Assembly (NCBI GenBank): GCA_946627565.1
Contig: CAMOVR010000002.1
Span: forward strand, 16,854 to 80,853
Origin: an uncultured Clostridia bacterium
GTDB taxonomy: Bacteria > Bacillota > Clostridia > Christensenellales > Aristaeellaceae
Length of the DNA: 64,000 nucleotides
Direction of reading: 5' to 3'
Positions within the stretch are counted from its first letter, which is position 1. Each line of letters begins with the position of its first letter. The notes below the pieces were generated by a model, which worked only from the letters and a program-made list of their open reading frames with translations, did not search any database and had not been told where the DNA came from. Positions 1 to 8,326 of the stretch are shown in pieces. Made by a program: the position numbers and the translations under genes.

Positions 1-576
1 TATAAGAACAGCTTTTTTCATTTCCGGGGCGCTCCGGCCATCTCCACGGCCCGGGCGGGAAATGTTATAGGGGGCGGGGACTTTGCCCGGGACCGGATTA
101 TTCCGGACTGTATCCGTGCCGCCCTTGCGGGCCGGCCGATCCGGCTGCGCAACCCTCATTCCATCCGGCCCTATCAGCATGTGCTGGAGCCGGTCATGGC
201 CTATCTGATGCTGGCCAGGGCCCAGATGGAAGATCCGGAAAAGGCCGACTGGTACAATGTGGGGCCGGATGAAGAAAACTGTGTCACCACAGGCACGCTG
301 GCGGACCTGTTTGTCCGCTGCTGGGGAGAAGGAAGCTCATGGATCTCTGAGGCGGAAGCCAATGCCGTGCATGAGGCGTCCTATCTTAAGCTTGACAGCA
401 CCAGAATCCGGGAAAGCATTCCGTGGGAACCTGTGTGGTCCGTGGAAAAGGCTGTGCAGGAGACGGTTAAGTGGACCCGGGCATGGCAGCGGGGAGAGAA
501 TGTATTCAGGGAAATGGAGCGCGAGATACAGCTCTATGTTTCGGATTGGAAGGCAGAAAATGGAAAAGCACTTTAA
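1..576 (+). CDS. rfbG: CDP-glucose 4,6-dehydratase, C-terminal part (5' end outside window)
   Basis: Frame 1 is open from nt 1. The translation (..TARAGNVIGGGDFARDRIIPDCIRAA..IRPYQHVLEPVMAYLMLA..) matches the conserved C-terminal half of CDP-glucose 4,6-dehydratases. The stop at 574-576 overlaps the next gene's start. Confidence 0.85.
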   Translation, partial: YKNSFFHFRGAPAISTARAGNVIGGGDFARDRIIPDCIRAALAGRPIRLRNPHSIRPYQHVLEPVMAYLMLARAQMEDPEKADWYNVGPDEENCVTTGTLADLFVRCWGEGSSWISEAEANAVHEASYLKLDSTRIRESIPWEPVWSVEKAVQETVKWTRAWQRGENVFREMEREIQLYVSDWKAENGKAL

Positions 577-1906
577 CAGTGAGGCGGAAGCCAGGGAAGA
601 GATCCGCGCCATGGTGGCGGCATATTATCATCAGTTCAGGGAACCGAAAAAAGCCTTTGAACCCGGCGACAGGATTGCCTATGCATCCCGTGTGTATGAT
701 GAAAAGGAAATGTGTTCCCTCACCGACGCCATGCTGGACTTCTGGCTTACGTCAGGCAGGTTTGCGGAACAGTTTGAAAAGGATTTTGCTGCGTTTCTGG
801 GGGTCCCCTTTGTGCATCTGGTCAACTCCGGTTCTTCGGCCAACCTGCTGGCCTTTATGGTATTGACGGCGCCGGAGCTTGGAGAGAGAAGGATACGGCC
901 CGGGGATGAGGTCATCACGGTGGCCTGCGGGTTTCCCACCACCATTGCACCCATCCTGCAGTACGGGGCCGTGCCGGTGTTTCTGGATGTGACGGTGCCC
1001 CAGTACAACCTGGACGTGTCCCAGCTGGAGGCGGCCCTTACGGAAAAGACAAAGGCTGTCATGCTGGCCCACACCCTGGGCAATCCCTTTGACCTGAAGG
1101 CTGTGCGCGACTTCTGCCGGAAACATCAGCTGTTCCTGGTGGAGGACAACTGTGATGCCCTGGGCAGCCGGTACACCATAGACGGGGAGACCAGATACAC
1201 CGGGACATGGGGGGACATTGGAACCAGCAGTTTCTATCCGCCCCATCACATGACCATGGGGGAGGGCGGCGCTGTCTATACCCGGGATCCGCTTCTTCAC
1301 CGCCTGATCCTTTCCTACAGGGACTGGGGCAGGGACTGCATCTGCCCCTCCGGCCGGGACGATACCTGCGGGCACCGCTACGATGGCCAGTTCGGCCAGC
1401 TTCCTGCCGGGTATGACCATAAGTATGTGTACAGCCATATGGGCTATAACCTGAAGGCCACGGACCTGCAGGCATCCATAGGCTGCGAGCAGCTGAAAAA
1501 GATGCCCGGCTTTATCCGCCGCAGGCAGGAAAACTGGGAGCGGCTTCACCGTGCCCTGTCGGATCTTACGGACGTCCTGATCCTGCCGGAGCGGGCACCG
1601 GGGTCTGATCCCAGCTGGTTCGGTTTCCTGATTACCCTGAAGCCGTCCTCCGGCCTTTCAAGAGAAAACGTGGTGAGAAAGATCGAAAGCCGGAACATCC
1701 AGACCAGGATGCTCTTTTCCGGGAACATGACCCGGCATCCCGCCTTTGATACCATCCGGGGCACGGATGCCTACCGGGTGGTGGGGGATCTTGCGGTGAC
1801 GGACATGATCATGCGCCAGACCTTCTGGGTGGGGGTATACCCTGGCATGACCGATGAAATGCTGGATTATATGGCCGGCGTGATCCACGAAAGCGTGAGG
1901 GCATGA
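560..1906 (+). CDS. rfbH: CDP-4-keto-6-deoxy-D-glucose 3-dehydrase (E1; DegT/DnrJ/EryC1 fold)
   Basis: ATG at 560 (MEKHFNSEAEAREEI..) lies inside ORF 257..1906; the upstream part of that ORF overlaps rfbG out of frame. Family-typical motifs are LVNSGSSANL, FYPPHHMTMGEGG and the Cys/His-rich stretch RDWGRDCICPSGRDDTCGHRYD, typical of RfbH/DdhC/AscC. Confidence 0.9.
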   Translation: MEKHFNSEAEAREEIRAMVAAYYHQFREPKKAFEPGDRIAYASRVYDEKEMCSLTDAMLDFWLTSGRFAEQFEKDFAAFLGVPFVHLVNSGSSANLLAFMVLTAPELGERRIRPGDEVITVACGFPTTIAPILQYGAVPVFLDVTVPQYNLDVSQLEAALTEKTKAVMLAHTLGNPFDLKAVRDFCRKHQLFLVEDNCDALGSRYTIDGETRYTGTWGDIGTSSFYPPHHMTMGEGGAVYTRDPLLHRLILSYRDWGRDCICPSGRDDTCGHRYDGQFGQLPAGYDHKYVYSHMGYNLKATDLQASIGCEQLKKMPGFIRRRQENWERLHRALSDLTDVLILPERAPGSDPSWFGFLITLKPSSGLSRENVVRKIESRNIQTRMLFSGNMTRHPAFDTIRGTDAYRVVGDLAVTDMIMRQTFWVGVYPGMTDEMLDYMAGVIHESVRA

Positions 1907-2418
1907 AGAATTTCATAAACCGCCTGATGGAAAGGCTGGAAAACTCGCCTCTTGCCCCGTTCATGCAGTTCATCCGGTTCGGCCTGGTGGGCTTTACCAG
2001 CACACTGGTATCCTACGGCATCGAAATGCTGATGTACTATGTGGTTTTCAGGGATACGGTCTTTTCCGCCCTGGAGCCGGTCCCGGGCTTAAGGCTGTCT
2101 GCAGACCAGGTCCGGGTTATGGCGGTGAACATCGTTGCCTTTGTCATCTCGGTCACCTATTCCTATATGATGAACAGCCGTTTTACCTTCCGCTCAGAGG
2201 AGAAAAGGACTTTTGCCCAGCATCTCCGCTCTTATCTTAAGACGGTGGCCAGCTATGCCTTCACGGGTCTTCTGCTGGCACCGGCCATCAAGATGGGCCT
2301 GAGCGGGATGGGCGTGCCCTACTATGCGGCCAGCCTGTTATCCCTGCTTGTGACCATACCCCTCAATTATGTGCTCAATAAATTCTGGGCCTTCCGCCAG
2401 ACGGGGTCCGGGGCATAA
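1903..2418 (+). CDS. GtrA-family membrane protein (putative polyprenyl-phosphate-sugar flippase component)
   Basis: 171 aa with 4 predicted TM helices. It carries the GtrA signature ends (FIRFGLVGFTSTLVSY.. and ..LNYVLNKFWAFR). ATGA overlap with the rfbH stop. Confidence 0.8.
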   Translation: MKNFINRLMERLENSPLAPFMQFIRFGLVGFTSTLVSYGIEMLMYYVVFRDTVFSALEPVPGLRLSADQVRVMAVNIVAFVISVTYSYMMNSRFTFRSEEKRTFAQHLRSYLKTVASYAFTGLLLAPAIKMGLSGMGVPYYAASLLSLLVTIPLNYVLNKFWAFRQTGSGA

Positions 2419-2457
2419 AACAGAACTCCCTGCATTGCAGGGAGTTCTGTTTTATGC
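2413..2457. terminator. bidirectional intrinsic terminator between convergent GtrA-like and GT2 genes
   Basis: Near-perfect palindrome gcataaaacagaactccctgca/tgcagggagttctgttttatgc. A/T runs on both flanks give a U-tract in either orientation. Confidence 0.75.
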
Positions 2458-2458
2458 C

Positions 2459-3409
2459 TTATTCATCCGGGGATACGTCAAAGTTGATCCGCTCTTCTTC
2501 CACCACCAGGGGCCGGTTCATGATGCGCTGGTTCATGCTGAGAATGTATTCTCCGATGATCCCCAGGAAGATCAGCTGAACGGCGCCCAGGAAAAACATG
2601 CCGATGACAATGGGCGCGGTACCGGCTTCAAACCCGTACCAGTTGCTGAGCTTGAGGATCAGATAGATCAGGGCCACCAGCAGGCTGACGGCGGCGATGC
2701 ATACCCCAAGGATGGTGGCGAGGCGCAGCCCCACCTTGGTGTAGGAAGTGAAGCTCAGCATGGCGGCGTCATAGAGGGTATACCAGTTGTTGTGGGTTTT
2801 TCCTGCCCGGCGCTTTTCCTGATGGTAGGGGATGATTTTGATTTTGCATCCCAGTTCTGCCACCACACCCCGGAGGAAGGGGATAGGGTCATGCAGGTCC
2901 CGCATGACATTGACAAAGGAGCGGTCATACAGGCCAAAACCGGTGAAATGCTCAATCTGCTCCACGTCCGAGTACTTATGGATCAGCTTGTAGTAGCCGC
3001 TGCGCAGCAGGTACATGAGCTTTCCCTCGTCGCTGGAGTTTTTCTGCATCACCACGATTTTCGTGCCCTGCTCCCACTCCCGCACCATAACCGGAATCAT
3101 GGAGATGGGCTCCTGAAAATCGCAGCACATCATGATGGTACAGTCCCCGGTGGTCTGCAGGATGCCGTAATAGGGAGAGCGGAACTGTCCGAAATTCCTG
3201 GCGTTGAAAATGGCCCGGATGTGCCTGTCCTTTTCGCACAGCTGCCTGAGCAGAGCCCGGGTCCCGTCAGTGGAACGGTTGTCAATAAAGAGGATTTCAT
3301 AGGAATAGGAAGACAGCTGGGTGCGGAAAAGCTCGGTGAGCTGTTCCGCCATGGGCACCACATTTTCCTGCTCGTTAAAGCAGGGAATCATGACACTGAT
3401 CTTGCTCAT
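2459..3409 (-). CDS. family-2 glycosyltransferase, GtrB/DPM1-like (polyprenyl-phosphate sugar synthase type)
   Basis: 316 aa. The N-terminal GT-A domain reads SVMIPCFNEQENV..IDNRSTDGT. Two C-terminal TM helices (..ATILGVCIAAVSLLVALIYLIL.., ..IVIGMFFLGAVQLIFLGIIGEY..) are characteristic of GtrB/CsbB-type enzymes. Confidence 0.85.
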   Translation of the reverse strand: MSKISVMIPCFNEQENVVPMAEQLTELFRTQLSSYSYEILFIDNRSTDGTRALLRQLCEKDRHIRAIFNARNFGQFRSPYYGILQTTGDCTIMMCCDFQEPISMIPVMVREWEQGTKIVVMQKNSSDEGKLMYLLRSGYYKLIHKYSDVEQIEHFTGFGLYDRSFVNVMRDLHDPIPFLRGVVAELGCKIKIIPYHQEKRRAGKTHNNWYTLYDAAMLSFTSYTKVGLRLATILGVCIAAVSLLVALIYLILKLSNWYGFEAGTAPIVIGMFFLGAVQLIFLGIIGEYILSMNQRIMNRPLVVEEERINFDVSPDE

Positions 3410-3511
3410 ATTGATCTCCGTGCCGGTACATGTCCGGCTGAAACAGACTTGCGCAGATGGTTTTCATTATGCGGGAATATTACCCGTCCTGCGGCAGTTT
3501 AAGGTATGCTG

Positions 3512-4417
3512 TCAGCTGCGGGCTTCCGCCCGGGCTTTCAGGATTTCCCGGATACCCTCCCGGAACGTGACCTGAGGCACAAAGCCGGTGGCCTTCAGGG
3601 TTTTTCCCATATCCACCTCAAGCCCCGCATGTCCGCAGTCCGAGGGGTCAAAGGTGCAGCGGGCCCCGCCGTATTCCTCACAGAGGGTTTCTATATACTC
3701 CTTCAGGGGGATGGATTCCGGATGGGCAATGCAGTACAGGCCGTCCTCCACCGGCAGGGCTCCCAGCAGATAGTACAGTCTCCCTGCATCGGATTCGTGC
3801 AGGTAGTTCCAGATCTGGGTGCCGGATGTGAAGTGCACGGTTTCACCCCGGTCAAGACGGTCCAGGGTGTCATTGATCATGGTGCCGCTGTTGTCATTGA
3901 CACCGTAAACACTGAAGGCCCTGGCCCAGATATGGTGCATCCCGTACTGTTCACACTGCCGGCGGGTCAGCATGCAGGCGGCAAGCTTGGCCATGCCGTA
4001 GGCGATGACGGGTTCCGGTTTGGTCTCCTCGGAAATGATGCCGGAGACAGGCCCGTACTCCGCCTGGGATCCTGCCCCGATGAACCGGCTGCAGCCAAGC
4101 CTTTTTGCCAGGTCCACCGCGTCCAGGGACCAGGGAATGTTCCGCTGGCACAGACGCGGGACATCCCGCTCGCTGCGGATGGTGTAGTCCCAGGCCAGAT
4201 GATAGAACGTATCGTAGGGGCCGCCGTCCCCCTTCACGCTGTTTAAGGCACTGAGGGAGACGGTTTCCACCCGGAGAAGATCCGAGACGGGCAGTCTGGT
4301 CATGCGTCGGGTACCCTCCCGCACCAGGGCCAGCACGGAGCAGCCGTTTTTCAGGCATTCCCTTATCAGGGCGACCCCGATCATGCTGGTGGCGCCGGTG
4401 ACAACCACTTTCTTCAT
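3512..4417 (-). CDS. NAD(P)-dependent extended SDR (sugar 4-ketoreductase/epimerase type; RfbS/RfbJ/YerF-like)
   Basis: 301 aa. Rossmann motif VVVTGATSMIGVAL and catalytic YGMAK (YxxxK). ATGA overlap with the upstream ThDP-enzyme gene. Confidence 0.8.
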   Translation of the reverse strand: MKKVVVTGATSMIGVALIRECLKNGCSVLALVREGTRRMTRLPVSDLLRVETVSLSALNSVKGDGGPYDTFYHLAWDYTIRSERDVPRLCQRNIPWSLDAVDLAKRLGCSRFIGAGSQAEYGPVSGIISEETKPEPVIAYGMAKLAACMLTRRQCEQYGMHHIWARAFSVYGVNDNSGTMINDTLDRLDRGETVHFTSGTQIWNYLHESDAGRLYYLLGALPVEDGLYCIAHPESIPLKEYIETLCEEYGGARCTFDPSDCGHAGLEVDMGKTLKATGFVPQVTFREGIREILKARAEARS

Positions 4418-6207
4418 TTGCTGTCTTCACGCTCCGCAATCATGTTCTTTCTGTATTCATCCCGGTTAAGGAAGGGGAACATGTCGCTGTATTCGTGGGC
4501 CACCAGGCGGCCGTCAGGCATCTTTTCTGAGGTAATCCTGGGCACCAGGGCCTGCCACTGGGGCGTCATGACTTCGCAGATGACGGGGCCTTCCGTTTCA
4601 AAGACACGGCGCACAGTCTCATCGATCTCATCCACGCTGCTGATCCTGTAAAAGGGGATCTCATAGGCTGCGGCGATCTTCTCAAGATCCGGGCACCAGA
4701 CACCGGAATCCGGTCCTTCTCCCAGAAAACGGTCCTCCATGAAGTTTCTCTGGGTGGAGCGGATCAGCAGATAGCCGTTGTTGTTCAGCACAAAGGTCTT
4801 GATGGGAAGACGGTTGTAATGGATCGGGGCAAACTCCTGGATGTTCATCTGCAGGCTGCCGTCACCTGTGATGACCACGGTATCCTTCCGGCCGTTAGCC
4901 ACACAGGCGCCAATGCCTGCGCACCAGTAGCCCATGGAGCTGATGCCCCCCGTTGTCAGGAACTGCTGGCCCCGCTTGACCTTCCAGGTCTGGCATGCTA
5001 CGTGGAAACAGGAACCCGTATCCACAAGGATATTGGCATTATCCGGGGAAAGCGCGGAGAGGCGGTCGATGAAATAATAGGAATTGACGGGCTTTTCATC
5101 TTTGTATGAGGGCTGCACCACGGGATAATGCTCTTTCCAGAAGGCACACTGCTGTACCCATTCCGGGCAGGGCGGCAGGGGGGATGCGGAAATGCGTTTG
5201 GCCAGCTCTGCAATCACGTCCCTGCAGTCCAGATGGACTTTCTCATCTATGACCACGCCGGGCTTGTCCAGCTCCTCCTGATCGATGTCCACCACGATTT
5301 TGTATGCATGCTTCCCGAAGGATTCGGGGGAATGGCCCACCAGAGAGGAGGCCAGGCGGCAGCCCAGGGAGATGATCAGGTCAGCATTCTGGATGGCAAA
5401 GTTGGCGGAACGCTCCCCATAGTTGCCGGGCCGCCCCACATACAGAGGATGGCTGCTTTCAATCAGGTCAATGCCAAGCCTTGCGGTGATCACCGGAATG
5501 CCGGCAGCCTCCACCAGATCCCTGAAAAGGCCCCGGGCGCCGGACAGGCTGACACCCTGTCCCGCCAGAAAAACGGGCCGCTTTGCTTTTTTCAGGTGGT
5601 CCACCATGGAGGAAACGGCAGCATCCAGGCGGTATGTATCGTTATATTTGGGGGGAAGGGGATGCCGGACCTGGTTTTCCGGCACTTCTGCCCGCTGGAT
5701 ATCCAGGGGCACGTCGATCCAGACAGGGCCTGGCCTGCCGCCGGTGGCGGCTTCCCAGGCTTCCTCCAGGTAAGCCTGGACACGGTTTACCTGGTCGATG
5801 GTCTTAAAGTATTTGACCAGCCCTTCCACCATGGAACGGATGTTGATGCCCTGAATGCCGAACTGGCGGATATTTGTCTTCTCTTCGTACTGGACAAAGG
5901 ACAGGTTGGCCTGGCCTGAAAGGACGATCATGGGGGAAGAATCGGTATAGGCGCCCACCACACCGTTCATGGCATTGACACTGCCGGGGCCTGCTGTTAC
6001 CAGGGCAATGGCGGGCTTGTTCCGGATGCGCCCGTAGGCGTCGGCGCTCATGGTGCAGGCCTGCTCGTGGTGGTGGCAGATGATGCTGTAGTGCCCGTTC
6101 CTGCCCACGGCATCATCCAGGTACATGGCCTGTCCGCCGGTGACCATGAAGACGGCTTCCACACCCTTCTTATGGAAGAAGTCAAAAATGTATTCCGAGA
6201 CGTTCAT
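4414..6207 (-). CDS. thiamine-diphosphate-dependent enzyme, acetolactate-synthase large-subunit fold (YerE-like candidate)
   Basis: 597 aa. The N-terminal Pyr domain reads VFMVTGGQAMYLDDA..HHHEQACTMSADAYGR..VTAGPGSVNAMNG. The C-terminal PP domain has the ThDP/Mg motif ITGDGSLQMNIQEF...NNNGY. GGAGGA RBS upstream. Confidence 0.85.
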   Translation of the reverse strand: MNVSEYIFDFFHKKGVEAVFMVTGGQAMYLDDAVGRNGHYSIICHHHEQACTMSADAYGRIRNKPAIALVTAGPGSVNAMNGVVGAYTDSSPMIVLSGQANLSFVQYEEKTNIRQFGIQGINIRSMVEGLVKYFKTIDQVNRVQAYLEEAWEAATGGRPGPVWIDVPLDIQRAEVPENQVRHPLPPKYNDTYRLDAAVSSMVDHLKKAKRPVFLAGQGVSLSGARGLFRDLVEAAGIPVITARLGIDLIESSHPLYVGRPGNYGERSANFAIQNADLIISLGCRLASSLVGHSPESFGKHAYKIVVDIDQEELDKPGVVIDEKVHLDCRDVIAELAKRISASPLPPCPEWVQQCAFWKEHYPVVQPSYKDEKPVNSYYFIDRLSALSPDNANILVDTGSCFHVACQTWKVKRGQQFLTTGGISSMGYWCAGIGACVANGRKDTVVITGDGSLQMNIQEFAPIHYNRLPIKTFVLNNNGYLLIRSTQRNFMEDRFLGEGPDSGVWCPDLEKIAAAYEIPFYRISSVDEIDETVRRVFETEGPVICEVMTPQWQALVPRITSEKMPDGRLVAHEYSDMFPFLNRDEYRKNMIAEREDSK

Positions 6208-6225
6208 ATCTTCCGTCCTCCGTTC

Positions 6226-7269
6226 TTATGTGAGGGATTCAAGCATATAGGATTCCGTATCTCCGTGGACCGGGCGGGACAGCTCTTCTGCCACGGCCAC
6301 CACCATGTCCTCCTGTCCGCCCACCACTTTCCGCCGTCCAAGCTCCATAAAGATATCCCGCGGATCCACATGGAATTCTCCGGCGGCTGCCAGAACCTGG
6401 GTTTTAAAGGAGGAAAACACGCCAGCCATGCCGCTGACGATGCTCACGTCCGTCAGTGCCCTGTCCTCGGGCATGACCGGGCGGACAAGCTTTTCGCTGA
6501 CATCCATCATGGCATACAGATCCTGGCGGAGTTCATATCCTTCCCGGATCAGCAGGGCAGAGAGGGCTTCCAGCTGCACGTTTCCGGCACCGGCACCGAA
6601 CCCCCGGAGGGTTCCGTCGATGATGCGGGCGCCTTCCTGAATGGCGGTATAGGCATTGCCCACAGCCAGGCCCATGTTGTTGTGGGGATGAAATCCCACC
6701 AGCACGTAGAGGTGTTCCACCAGGGTTCCTATGCTGCGCCTGACCATCTCCGGGGTGGAGGCGCCGGCACTGTCCATGAGGATAACGCCCTGGGCGCCGT
6801 AGGACTGCATCTTCTGCGCCTCCTCCAGAAGACGCTCTGTGGAGGTCATGTGATAGTTCATCAGGACCCCGTAGACTTCCTTGCCCTCCCTGCGGAGGTA
6901 TTCAATATGCTGCCGGGTGGTGTCGGCTTCCGTGCAGTGGCAGCCCAGCTTGAAAAGTTCCACCCCGTCCTCCATGGCCGGGATCAGGTTATCCCGTATG
7001 GTGCCAAAGCCGGGGATCATATAGGCGCCCAGCCGGGTATGCTTCAGGCACCTGCGGGCGGTTGAGAGCATGTCATGGTCAGAGAGCAGGGAACGGCCCA
7101 CCTGCAGGGAGGAGGCCCCCAGTCCGTTGCCGTGTCCCACCACAATGGTGTACATGCCGGCCTGGTCCATGGCTTCACAGTAACTGGAAATGAATTCCCC
7201 GGTCAGCTGATGGCGCACCGCATGGGAGCCGTCCCGGAGGGTGGCGTCAAAGAAGCGGATTTTGCTCAT
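6226..7269 (-). CDS. 4-hydroxy-2-oxovalerate aldolase (DmpG/BphI family)
   Basis: 347 aa. The N-terminus IRFFDATLRDGSHAVRHQ, the metal-site region VGFHPHNNMGLAVGN and the C-terminal DmpG communication domain are all present. ATGA overlap with the upstream dehydrogenase gene. Confidence 0.9.
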   Translation of the reverse strand: MSKIRFFDATLRDGSHAVRHQLTGEFISSYCEAMDQAGMYTIVVGHGNGLGASSLQVGRSLLSDHDMLSTARRCLKHTRLGAYMIPGFGTIRDNLIPAMEDGVELFKLGCHCTEADTTRQHIEYLRREGKEVYGVLMNYHMTSTERLLEEAQKMQSYGAQGVILMDSAGASTPEMVRRSIGTLVEHLYVLVGFHPHNNMGLAVGNAYTAIQEGARIIDGTLRGFGAGAGNVQLEALSALLIREGYELRQDLYAMMDVSEKLVRPVMPEDRALTDVSIVSGMAGVFSSFKTQVLAAAGEFHVDPRDIFMELGRRKVVGGQEDMVVAVAEELSRPVHGDTESYMLESLT

Positions 7270-8132
7270 AACAGCCTCCTTCTGGCGTAGCTCTCGGCAA
7301 TCTCCACGGCGGCACAGGTGATGATGTCAAGGTTGCCGGCATAAGCGGGGAGAAAATCCCCTGAGCCGGTTACTTCAATGGTGGTGGTGACGCGGCCGTT
7401 TTCCAGAATCGGCCCCAGTACAACCCTGTAGCCGGGCACATACCGCTTAAGTTCTGTTTCCACCCGATGAATGGCCCTGCGGATCAGATCCATATCCGGA
7501 TCATCGATCAGGGCATAGACGGTATTGCGCATGGTAATGGGGGGCTCTGCCGGGTTCAGGATGATGATGGCCTTGGCGTCCCTGCATCCGCCCAGCTCTA
7601 TCAGGGCGTCCTTGGTGGTCTGGGTGAATTCGTCGATATTGTTCCTTGTCCCTGCCCCGGCGGATTTGGAAGAGATGGTGGCCACCACCTCCAGGTATTT
7701 TACATCCGCCACCTGCGTCAGGGCCCGGGCGATGGGTACCGTTGCCTGTCCGCCGCAGGTCACACAGTTGACATTGGGCAGGTCCATGGCCTGATCAAGG
7801 TTCACCTGGGGAACGCAGAACGGCCCCACGTGGGCGGGGGTAAGGTCGATGGCGTATTTGCCCAGCCTTTTCAGAATGGGCGCGTGCTCCGCGTGCACCT
7901 TTGCCGAGGTGGCGTCAAAGACAATCTCGCAGCAGTCGGGATACTTTTCTATATAGCGTATGGAATCGCAGGTGACGGGGACACCCAGTTCCCTTGCCCG
8001 GGCAATGCCCTTGGAGTCCGGATTCTGTCCTGCGAAGATCCCGCACGAAATCACATCGGACCGGAGAATTTTCATCAGAAGATCGGTCCCGATGTTCCCT
8101 GTACCCAGGATGCCAGCTCGTACTTTTTCCAT
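7266..8132 (-). CDS. acetaldehyde dehydrogenase (acetylating) (DmpF/BphJ family)
   Basis: Start taken at the ATG at 8132 (MEKVRAGILGTGNIGTDL..), preceded by AAAGGA. The longer ORF reaching 8231 runs into the predicted promoter. Catalytic Cys context is NCVTCGGQATVP. Confidence 0.88.
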   Translation of the reverse strand: MEKVRAGILGTGNIGTDLLMKILRSDVISCGIFAGQNPDSKGIARARELGVPVTCDSIRYIEKYPDCCEIVFDATSAKVHAEHAPILKRLGKYAIDLTPAHVGPFCVPQVNLDQAMDLPNVNCVTCGGQATVPIARALTQVADVKYLEVVATISSKSAGAGTRNNIDEFTQTTKDALIELGGCRDAKAIIILNPAEPPITMRNTVYALIDDPDMDLIRRAIHRVETELKRYVPGYRVVLGPILENGRVTTTIEVTGSGDFLPAYAGNLDIITCAAVEIAESYARRRLL

Positions 8133-8219
8133 CTTGATCCTTTCGCCCTGCGCTCTGATATGCCGCAGGGGCTCCCTGACAAGGAAGCCCCTGGAAATGC
8201 GCAACTGAGCCCGAGGGGG

Positions 8220-8248
8220 ATTATAGAGCATACTTGAGCCCTTTTCAA
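8220..8248 (-). promoter_or_regulatory. sigma-A-type promoter for the aldehyde-DH/aldolase/ThDP/SDR operon
   Basis: On the minus strand: TTGAAA - 17 nt - TATAAT, about 85 nt upstream of the ATG at 8132. Confidence 0.55.
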
Positions 8249-8269
8249 GGAGCCGGATGCTGTATCATA

Positions 8270-8298
8270 TTGACGCCGCGGGCATGAAAAGGTAAGAT
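8270..8298 (+). promoter_or_regulatory. sigma-A-type promoter for lon
   Basis: TTGACG - 17 nt - TAAGAT, followed by a GGAGG RBS (8316-8320) and the ATG at 8327. Confidence 0.5.
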
Positions 8299-8326
8299 AT
8301 GCCGCGATTGAATATGGAGGCTTACT

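Noticed and set aside
257-559. Upstream part of ORF 257..1906 (would give a 549-aa RfbH)
   Set aside because: It overlaps the rfbG reading frame out of frame and its translation has no RfbH similarity. The homologous N-terminus begins at the ATG at 560.
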